Below are positions 12,975 through 64,000 of a DNA stretch of 64,000 bases, in pieces (the stretch's first letter is position 1; every line of letters starts with the position of its first letter). The notes under the pieces were generated by a model. The model saw only the letters and a program-made list of their open reading frames with translations. It searched no databases and had not been told where the DNA came from. The stretch is from Glaucostegus cemiculus (lineage: Eukaryota). The stretch spans positions 4,216,001-4,280,000 of the forward strand of contig CDPCPM010000153.1 of assembly GCA_976551045.1 (NCBI GenBank). Reading direction: 5' to 3'. The translations under genes were made by a program, and so were the position numbers.

Positions 12975-15245
12975 GATTTGTAGCAGTTTATTCTCCACTT
13001 GAGCTCCTCTCCCTTTTTAAACCCCCTCCACCAGATCCTGGAAAATCTGGAAGGTCTGTTTCTGCATCTTCTGTTATAGTGCCCAGATCGAAGTATTTAA
13101 TTTGTAGTAGTTTTATCACATGATATCCAAGAATACAGCTCTTCAACCTGATGACCACTAATCCTCCTGAAGAAAACTTTTTAACAATAGACCCCTCAAA
13201 GCCCACTCTGTTCCATGCAGTAAAACCATCTGTAGCACAATCAAGCACTGAAATTAAAAATCCCAGGACCAGCCTATGACCCTGGATGCTTTCCCAACCC
13301 TTGTATCCCCAGTACCCTAGCTCCTGAATTGCATGTGCACTTTAGCCCTAACCTGGTCACTTTTTTTCTCTGACCCTTCTTTGTATCTTGAATTTGAGTC
13401 TTCTAGTGTTAACTCTGGTCCTGGTCTTTTTTCCCTTTTCCCCCCTTGTATACATGTTTTAAATGCACTTGGCCACTGAAATGCAGTCAATTTTCTTTTA
13501 GGGACACCAGTCCACATTTAAAGACTTGCATCCAAGTTATTACCAATAGTGTTTTGTTTTTGCACCAGTAAACTTTAATCACATTCAAATTGAACCCTTA
13601 ACCAGAGTACAAAAAGAACTGCAAGTCATTTCTTAAAACCCAGCTATGTAGCAGCTAACATCTCCACCTAGGAGAATCTAGTCCTCCACCTATGCGTTAA
13701 GTTGCATTGTACTGAGTTTTACTACCACAGCAATCGTTTTCTAACGTGCTTTATGGATTAACTTGTCACATCACTTAAAACACTAAATTTGATAGTGATG
13801 TAGCCTGATGCAATCTTAATCACTTCATTTCAATCCCCATAATAAGGGAATCTTTTGGTTGCATCTCCACCTTTTTGGGTAGGTGCCATTGAACCTGCTG
13901 TGGCTAGTAACTTTTCAAAGCTGGTGTTTAAATGGCTACGTACTTTGAGTACAGAAAGGTAAATCCCTAACTAAAGCTCAAAGTGGAAATGGAAGATGAC
14001 TAGTCTTCAAACTAACTTGATTGGAAACCTGTGCTATATTTTGTGAAGATGTCATTGCCTGCCTTGCCAATTACACTGGATCAGAAGAGGAACTTGCATG
14101 AATGTTTGGTTTCCTGTGGAGCAGACTAGACAAAGAAGGAAGACTGAAAGTACATGTTTTTATTCTTGTGACTTAACATGGAGAAAATGGATTTTATTTT
14201 GTGGTGTAATTTATTTCCAAGATCTGTTTGTACTAATAAGGGTGTTTATAGGGTAAGATGCACATTTAGAAGTGAGGTGATGGGAAGGAGATACCAACTT
14301 GCTAAAGTTGAAAGAACTTCATTACCTGTGACTTGGGTGGGCAGTGCTTTTTTCAACAAAAATTATTGGTCATTGACAAAACATCTTGTTTGTGATGCTC
14401 CTCCCTGTCCAATTAAGTGAGAACAAGTTCTGTACATGAGAGAGAACCATCATTGGGCAGAAGAGGGGAAACCTGGTGTTGAAATGCCAACTTGTCTTTG
14501 TGCAAATTTGATGTGCTCATGAGTTATTTTGATTAAGTGGTGCAGAAAAAGGGGAAACAATAAAACTTAAGCCAGTTCAGTGACTTGAACTTAATTCCCT
14601 GCTTGCTCTTTCTGGCAGGTTACTGAAGAATTGTACCTTGCCAGGTTAGAATTGGTCTTTTCTTAACTGGCAACCTGACTTTGTCAATAATTGTCATGCC
14701 TTTTCAAACCAATTTTTGCAACATTTTCTTCAGGAATTGTCGTGTTTGCACTACCCATGAGTTCTGGCATTCTACCAATGAAGAGCTAATGGGATGGTTG
14801 CTTAAAATTAGGTTCTATAATCCTCTGCCATTTGCAATTTCCAAGTGTACAGAACTTTTGTGGTCAGTGTTGGAGTCTGCCTTCACCCCAAATATGCATT
14901 GTTTGCAGTCTAAGGGGAAAATGGCTGTATTGAAGTAGACCCATGTGAGGTTTCAGCTAATTTGTTTGATCCTTGGTTCATTCAATTCTAAACCCCCCCC
15001 CCAACTACTGCTAGAAGGTTGGATGGCTTTCTGTGAGAACTATAGCCCATCCTTTCATAGATTTTGTTGGAATGACTTTTTAATTCTGCTTATAAAAATG
15101 GATCTTGTATTTAATCATGTTTCTTACTGGATTGGTTTCTTTCCAAGGGAAAGGACAGAAGGCCTGACCAGGCTGGAATGTCTTTAGCACTGAGCTGATG
15201 TGCATTGTTTAAGTGTAATGCTGTCAGTTACTAGCACTTTTTTCA

Positions 15246-15251
15246 AATAAA
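15246..15251 (+). terminator. Candidate TMEM106C poly(A) signal AATAAA (another at 14559-14564)
   Basis: AATAAA followed by T/GT-rich sequence; no transcript data. Confidence 0.3.
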
Positions 15252-16646
15252 TGTTGACTAAGGGACTAGTGTACTGACTTCTATAATTTTCAGTGGTGTG
15301 AAGTACTGCTTGGCCTTATTCTAAATGTCTTGCTATTGCACCATAGACCAATTGCTAATCTGGCACCATGCTGTGACCATGTAAACTTTCTAATGAGCTA
15401 TTAAAGTAATCAACTGGAAACTGCGCAAAGATTCATTCATAGCTGGGCTGCTTATGGTCGCTGCATAACTTTATGGGACTAGTTTTCACCCTGTATGCAA
15501 ACTCCACTCAGTCTTGCATCTCTGGTCTATGCCCATATGTTTTACTACCAATGTGTTCATACATCAGTCAGGATGTGAAACTTTCACCCTAACATGTTTT
15601 TAAAAACCATGTTCAATACAATCAGATGGAGCAAGTCAGTGTTATTTGATTAAGCCTAGGACATTCCAATGAGCTAGCTTACTGAATTATACTTTACCAA
15701 CCCTCATTAGCACCTGAACCTTAAACTACTTTGACTCTGATCTCTCTAGTTCTATCCTCGATCTCTTGCATTTTGTTTAATCCTACTTCATACAATGATA
15801 AAGATCCTTTTACAAAAGTGTCGCTCTATTTACTGCAACTTTGTTAAATAAGCTTGTGTGCTTGCAGTGCAAAATGCAGTTATTCATCATTCCACACCGG
15901 CAAGGAGAGACTGCTCTTGCCCCCATATTGGACTACTTTAGCAGTCATGCAGAATATTTTCACTTCTAAGCAAATTGATAAACCTGCTATTAAATGGCTG
16001 CTATACTGCCAATGCCATAATGTAGTTGGCTGTTTCTCTGGTTTTTGACACTGAACACTGCTACTCCTGAATGATACTTGGATATAATATAAAAGCGCAA
16101 AAAGTGTGGCCTGAATCTCTTGAGCTCTCATTCTTTGTTCAGCTGTAAACTAATGTATGGTAGCTGGGACAATTCACATAGGCAGAATATTTGCTTTGTG
16201 AGCTGCCAACCAAGTTTTGTTGACAACTGGAGCTCATTGACTACTTGCTCTTGGCACAGATCTTAATAGTCTGGATTTCTAACTAATAATCAACCTTCAC
16301 TCAATATTGCCAACAGCTAGTTCTGTAGCTGTAAGAGCTTCCTGCCCCCATCAAACTTGTCCTTCAGACAAGTGTATTACTCCTTAATATTGACTCCTAA
16401 TTCATACTTGACCTTTTAGATATTCAAGGGAATGGAGGTTGGCCCTTTTATCTCGCCCTTAATGTGCTGATGCAAGTGAATCTATGGGGTATGGTGGGAT
16501 GGTGGTTAAGTGACTGATACACTAGTAAGTTCTGTGTTATTAATATGGAGAATGTGTTCAAATCCCATCAAGACAGCTGAAGAATGAATTAAAATCAAGT
16601 AATTTGTTAAACTTTAAAAAGGCTACTTTCAGTAACTGTAACCATA

Positions 16647-16888
16647 ATTTATTAGTCACATGTACATCAAAACAGTGAAATACATCCTTTGCATAGTATC
16701 CTGGGTCACCATGCTTCCAGTGCCAACATAGTATACTGACAACTTCCTAACCTGCACATCTCTGGAATGTGGGAGGAAACCCAAGCAGACACTAGGAGAA
16801 TATACACACTCCTTACAGACAGTGGCTGGAATTGAACCTGGTTCACTGGTGCTGTAAAGCATTATGCTAACTGCTACACTACTGTGCC
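16647..16888 (-). mobile_element. V-domain SINE with gatgtacatgtgactaataaa tail
   Basis: tRNA-like head (ggttcaattcc), V-domain gtctgtaaggagt...gggtttcctcccaca; same tail also seen on + near 11680-11720. Confidence 0.75.
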
Positions 16889-16900
16889 TGCAAATATTAT

Positions 16901-16959
16901 TGCCCAACGTGGGGCTTGAACCCACGACCCTGGGATTAAGAGTTCCATGCTCTACTGAC
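16901..16959 (-). pseudogene. 5'-truncated tRNA-Lys(CTT) pseudogene
   Basis: GTCAGTAGAGCATGGAACTCTTAATCCCAGGGTCGTGGGTTCAAGCCCCACGTTGGGCA matches nt ~15-73 of vertebrate tRNA-Lys(CTT) with ~4 G>A changes; 5' acceptor arm missing. Confidence 0.85.
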
Positions 16960-17949
16960 AAAAATCTCTGGTTCACCAATATCCTTCAGAGCAGGAAACC
17001 TGCCATACTTGACCAATCTGCCCTATGTACTTCCAGACCAACAATGAGGTTGGCCAACTGTCACCCTGGTTTGGGAACAATTGGGGATGGGCATTTGAGA
17101 CCCATTTCTCATGAACAAATAAGTAATAAAATTCATGCTAACCGATTTGAATTGATTTGGAATGGTCCAACTTGAGGCTATGTAAAGTGTGATAAATGCC
17201 ATGATGTAAACTTATTATGGTCTGTTTTTAATCTCCAGATTTAATTGCATAGAACCACAATGCAATCTTAGTGTCATCGGTTTCAAGCTTCCACAATATG
17301 CTATTGTTTCAGTTGATCTTATTCTCCAAGAGAGGCTGGGTTTCTGCCTATTCAAATGGCCTGGCTCCAAAGGCTAACAATGAATACCTTGTTTTTCACT
17401 CTCCCCATACCTCTTGTTTATAAATAAATTGTAGCATTCCTTAATTTAAGCTACTGTTTCTGCTGCCATCCTTGTTTGAGATTCAAGTGATGGCTTCTTT
17501 CCCATCCATCTTCAGTATGGCCAGCTTGCATTTGAGGTTGTTTAGGTGCAAGCTGCTTATGTTCACATGAAGAATCTCTCTTGGTGCTAAGCTCACTTGA
17601 GTATTGTACCTAAATATTATCCATGAAGTCTTACCAGAGACAGTACAATAATTACCCTGTTCAGAGTGAAATGCACCAGAAATAGAGTTGAAAATCCCTT
17701 TATTCTGTATTGTCATCCATCTTTTTACCTGCTGATCACAGTGTGCTGAGTTCAAAACTACTATGAAGTGCTTTGCGAAGTAAATTGTACACTGAATTTG
17801 TAACGAAAGAGCACGCATGTGCGATGTTCTTTTCCTAGCAAACTATATAGCTTGTGGCAGAGTCTGAAGGTTATTGGATTGAAACTCTCTTCAGGCATGT
17901 TGAGCCTAAAATTTTAGATTGATATTCCAATTTGGAACTGAAGTCATGT

Positions 17950-18220
17950 ACTCTCTGAAGTGCCATTTTCAAGATGAGACATTAAAGATGTTGCCTTCTC
18001 CTAGTTGGATGTGCCATTATTTTAGAGAGCAGGGTCTGTCTTACATAATTTTTATCACAACTGACGTTAAAAGCAAATTATTTGGTCATCACCTCTAGCT
18101 GTATGTGGAACCTTGTTATACGCAAATAGTGTGCTGTACTTCCTAAGACTTGCTTCAAAATGCTTAACTGATGCAAAGTGTCTCATGCTGTTCAAAATGT
18201 CAGGATGTTCTATTTAAATG
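17950..18220 (+). mobile_element. Decayed Deu-domain SINE (similar copies near 29450-29830, 35000-35370, 37640-37810)
   Basis: Shared core attatttggtcat...gctgtttgtggga.cttgctgt.cgcaaatt among the copies. Confidence 0.55.
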
Positions 18221-21200
18221 CTTTCTTACAGTGATGTGGCTTTGCAATTTGAAGCAAGAGTTCACTGTAGTAACTGTTTTGGGCTGTGTGAGAACTGCAT
18301 AGCTGTATGCAAACCATTCAAAAGGCAAGAAGTTGCACAATAGCTTTTACTCTTGCACTGCTCACCCTGGCTGATGGATTCAAAGAGTATTATGCTTGTT
18401 TTTAAAAATGCTTGAGACAGTTGCTGGTATGGAAGCTGCTAAGGAGAGTTACACTGACTCTTTCTTGCATCTATCAGCTACTTTGAGAACCCAATTGCAA
18501 ATATGGGTGTTTTGGAAAGTTTCCCTGTTCAGTTATCTGCTAAGCATTGCAGTTTTTCTGGAGAGAGTATCCTTGGGGCTCTTGGACACCCTGTTCTTTG
18601 CTCTATTGTATGCATTATGCCTTGCTGGTTAGGGTCTTAAAGTGGCAGGAAACAAAAGGGCTGCTTTCCTCTTTCAACAAAGTAGAATTTCTGCAAGTCA
18701 TCTTAATTTGTAATGTATGGTTGTGTGATCAGCTAGTCATTGTTCCTGCTGGCAATGGATAACCTGATACTTTTTCCCTTAAAACTGAGCAGAGGTGGAT
18801 TTCCCCAGTTGAATAGTCATTAATTCAGACAGTGTTTTTATTTCTACTTCTGCCACCTTTTTATGAATCCAACCTGATGTCTTGGGTTCAATATGAAACA
18901 CAACAGTCTATGCTTTCCTTGAATACTAAAAAATTAACAATACAATTTTGTGGAATTTACTCGTGTCGTTGAAATATGACTTCTGGAATGGGGCCATACA
19001 TTTTGTAAATATATACAGTGATAAAGAGCCAGGTTCACTTACTTACTTTGCAGAATGGTTGCCCTTTTGCCCTTGAGTTCAGGAATTGAACAGCTAATCG
19101 GCCTGACTATACACTGATAAAAATCCTAAAGTAGTTGATGATTAAATATGGACAGCAGCATGATTGGCAATAAGATATTGATGTCCTCTTAGGCTATTTT
19201 GAGATATGGGAGACTGAGAGATTAGGCTGGAGGTCTAATGGTCATTCAGTACCTACCTCTTGTAATCTTGCTTATTCTTAACTTTGGTCTAAAGCACTTT
19301 CATAAATAATAGCCAGAAAGCTGACAATTTATTCTGTTATTAATTAATTACCTGGAAAATAACCTATTTTGGTAGCTAATTATCCCAGATCATCATCTCT
19401 GGTACAATATTTACAAATATTATTACACCAATCAAATAACATGATGTTTTAAATAATTATTTTGCTTCCCTCACAGTGTTCATTGTGGCCCAGGTGAGAA
19501 GGTGGTGAAATTACCTACCATATAATTGGGTTCCTGAGACTCTCCAGTTTGCCAAGCCCTTCCCTTCTTTGGGAACAATGGCTCTACTCAAATGAACCAG
19601 TCAAGATTGAAGCAAGTAAGATGGTAAAATCTGGGCCAGAGTGTTACAGCATGGTGCAATGCAGGATCAGAAACCTTTTGACAGTTACAATTTTATTATG
19701 GGATTCATTTACAGAAATGGTGGACTATTACTAGTTGTAACTAGAAGTTTATACCAACATTTTTCTTGTTTTGTCTTAAGACTTTCATCCCTCTGCAGAA
19801 TTTATGCACAAGAGAGCCTGTAATTTCTAAAATCCTTTAAGTTTTATTTTAAGGTTATTGACAAATACACCTTTTAATTCATGTGGGATTTATGTGGTCA
19901 CTCTATTACTGAAACTGAGGGGAGTTTTAATGGAATTCATTGGCTGGGAATCCCATGGGGTTGGGACACAGTGTAAAAGCAGCAGTGGAGAATAAATATG
20001 ATTGGGGTGTTAAATTAGCATTACACTTGATTTTTGTCCTGCTGCTAGGCAGGCAGGTTAGGTTACAATTGAATTCTCTTTCTGTACCAAACACCATGGC
20101 CCTTAATGATCAAATCTTGATGAATTTGGTGTGGAGCTCCTCCAACACCTGATGGTTGGTGATGGCCATACCCACCAAAGTTTCCTCCTGGTTTCTGCTA
20201 AGGTAGCACATGTTTTCCTGACGGGACAGTTAGGGTACTGCAGTTTGTTTCAGTGGGAATAATCAGTTAGTATTTGTGCAATGGTTTGCCATTCCATCAT
20301 CTTCATTGGTGTTGGGTGAGGAAAAGACCTACCCAATGACACTCACTTTAGGTTGATACATGGAGACCCTCCCTCAGGAAGGGGAGAGGTTACTGATACC
20401 CAATGAGCTTTAGGAGGTGGAATTTTCTTTTTCTTTAAAAAAAAAAGGTACGAAAAAAAATTGGTCAGGAACTTAAAGGACCATGTCTCTCTTGGTCTGT
20501 CCTGATTGTAGGGCATGGTGAGTAACCTTTGGATCAAAAAACAGCTGAAACCATGGTGGGTACTTTTTTTAATTAAGTTTTATTTGTGTTGTTTCATTTT
20601 TTCTGTCATGAAATATCCCAGAATAGATAAACATTTCAACAAAGATACATCATAGGATGGACTTAATACAAATAAAAAAATTCAAAACAAATGTGTTTTT
20701 TTTTAATAGAAAAGCTTTCTATCTTTATTGCTGTTGAGGAGGGGTAGTGGGTTGAGAAAAAAGTACAAAGTGACAGAAGCTTTTCACAAGGAACAAGATC
20801 ATTAGTGTTGTGATGGGAATGTTCTAATCTACCATGCTTCAAACCAGTATTGCAAAATATTTAAAAACATTTGAACTATTTTACATATACAAAATAGTAC
20901 ATATCCTTGGTTTGTTTTGCCCCCCCAAAAAAAGCCTACCTCTTTTTTTTTTCCCCCTCTAGTTACAAGAAAAAAGATTGCACAAAAGCTAGAGATGCAT
21001 GGAGTTAGGGAGAAAATAGGTCATAGGAGAAAAAAAGGATTAATTTTATCCACATGCCTAACTTTGGAAAACATAGGGGAAAAAATTGTGGTTTAAACAA
21101 GATTTGGTTGGAGATGAGACCACACATCATCCATGTAGAATTTTTTGCTGCAATACTGATTTTGTTATTTAGAAAAATGACTGGATGTTAAGTGGGTGTT

Positions 21201-21246
21201 ACAAATCTGTAACACAGCAAATGGCAGCTTTGGAATCATTTTATTC

Positions 21247-21253
21247 AGCACCA
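21247..21253 (-). promoter_or_regulatory. miR-29 7mer-m8 target site (UGGUGCU)
   Basis: agcacca on +, adjacent to an AATAAA. Confidence 0.55.
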
Positions 21254-21429
21254 TCAAATCTTGACTGGATCCCTCTAGTTCACTAAACTGTCACAGAAGG
21301 AGGAACCAGAAGCCAAAAAAAGTACCTTTTTGAGTTAAACTAGAAATGGGAGAGTATTTGGACTTTCCTCCCCCCATCCCAGCTTCTGTTCCTACTACTG
21401 TGTGTTTAGTCCCTTCAAGATCATTAGTG

Positions 21430-21437
21430 TGAGGTAG
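21430..21437 (-). promoter_or_regulatory. let-7 8mer target site (CUACCUCA)
   Basis: tgaggtag on +. Confidence 0.5.
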
Positions 21438-21639
21438 CTTAAACTGGGGAAGTTCTAGATTGTGTTCCAAACTTCCTTCATCTTGATAGAAAAAGAGGGC
21501 AGGCAAAGTTAGATACTGGAGCAGTTAGAATCTCTTAAGTCTGCAAAAAAAAAATCCACAAAAAAAAGCCCAGATCAACTTGTACTTTCCACATTTTTTA
21601 TATCAATTGTTCTCCATGTTACAGACTGGTTTTACAACA

Positions 21640-21647
21640 TAGCACCA
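21640..21647 (-). promoter_or_regulatory. miR-29 8mer target site (UGGUGCUA)
   Basis: tagcacca on +; miR-29 targeting of collagen mRNAs is established. Confidence 0.7.
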
Positions 21648-21949
21648 TTTTTAAATTTTACACAGTCTCCTGCTAGTAACCTTTTTACAGACTGGTACGG
21701 CATGAATATTAGTAATACCTGTGCTGGTACAATCCAAGGAAGGGCCTTCAACAGATATCAGTAAACACTTTCGCCTGACCTGAAGATCTTACAGGAAAAC
21801 AATAAATAAATTAACCGTTTTCACCGTCTGTCCAGCTAGGCCATGAAGTCCAAAATGTAAGCGTGTGGATGAATGGAGTGATGGATTGGATCAGCCATTC
21901 AGTGCAGAAGTCCTAGAAGTGATTGGAAAGTACTGAGGTCCTTATTATT

Positions 21950-63482
<41,533 letters not shown>

Positions 63483-63760
63483 CTATGAAGAAAAAAAGAG
63501 TAACATTCAGTATGCAGTTGTGGAATTAAAAGTATTCTTTTAAACCTGTGAGTGCTGCACCTTAAAACACTCTGTATGATTACCACTTAGACTCACTATC
63601 TATTGATATTTTAATTAAGGGGATTTTACTATACTGTACTCTGTTCTCTATAATGAAAATATGCTATATTATTTTATAATAATGCTTTTCTATTCACTAT
63701 GGTATAGTTTATTATGATTTTGCTGTGCTATATTTTGGAAACTATGTTCTATATGTCATA

Positions 63761-63816
63761 TAACATATTATTACATAACATATTATTACATAGCATATTA
63801 TATAACATATTATTTA
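63761..63816. repeat. 15-bp AT-rich tandem repeat (taacatattattaca), ~4 copies
   Basis: Directly visible. Confidence 0.75.
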
Positions 63817-64000
63817 TATATTGCATATTGTGATGTTCCCTACTGCCAATATAGTTCCCCACATATACCATATTATATAATACTGTGTGTGATATTTGCA
63901 TATTAATACATTGTACTCCTACTTAACTATTACACAATGTGATGTAGTTGCAAGGAATACAGACTACATTGTATATAAACTGGGAGAATTGTACTGTACA

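Larger units (their letters stand above)
16490..17125 (+). mobile_element. tRNA-derived SINE split in two (16490-16645 and 16960-17125) by a nested insertion
   Basis: A/B-box-like head (ggtggttaag...gttcaaatccc); body resumes at ctggttcaccaat...; tail caattggggatgggca. Confidence 0.55.
20555..21949 (-). other. COL2A1: COL2A1 3'UTR (up to ~1.4 kb) with several poly(A) signals
   Basis: AATAAA on - at 21240-21245, 20724-20729 and 20579-20584; TATAAA at 21597-21602; U-rich on the mRNA strand; 3' end inferred. Confidence 0.65.

Noticed and set aside
12988-13248. ORF with PGSGGGG motif as an extra collagen or other exon
   Set aside because: No Gly-X-Y register; lies antisense in the TMEM106C 3'UTR
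16901-16959. Functional tRNA-Lys gene
   Set aside because: First ~14 nt including the 5' acceptor stem and part of the A-box are missing; CpG-type decay present

Overview
Eukaryotic vertebrate genomic DNA; the SINE/LINE repertoire (V-SINE/HE1-like, Deu-domain SINEs, CR1, L1) points to a cartilaginous fish (ray or shark; inference). Two convergent genes are present. On + are the last three coding exons of TMEM106C (303-352, 3524-3577, 12857-12974). On - is the 3' half of COL2A1: 26 exons (29-54 in human numbering, 63482 down to the stop at 21950), 2577 coding nt, all GT-AG, with canonical fibrillar-collagen exon sizes and an apparently ~1.4-kb 3'UTR. Introns are inflated by decayed retroelements, Tc1/mariner-type MITEs and several long, highly degenerate minisatellite arrays (17, 18, 21, 29, 35, 39 bp units). 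No prokaryote-type system is present and most ORF-track entries are spurious. Best leads: a distal COL2A1 3'UTR block resembling the COL1A1/COL1A2 3'UTR end, a truncated tRNA-Lys/SINE chimera nested in another SINE, two MITEs inserted at the same position of an 18-bp satellite unit, and inverted intronic repeats flanking in-frame exon blocks. Comparisons to human sequences and repeat consensi are from memory and need alignment.
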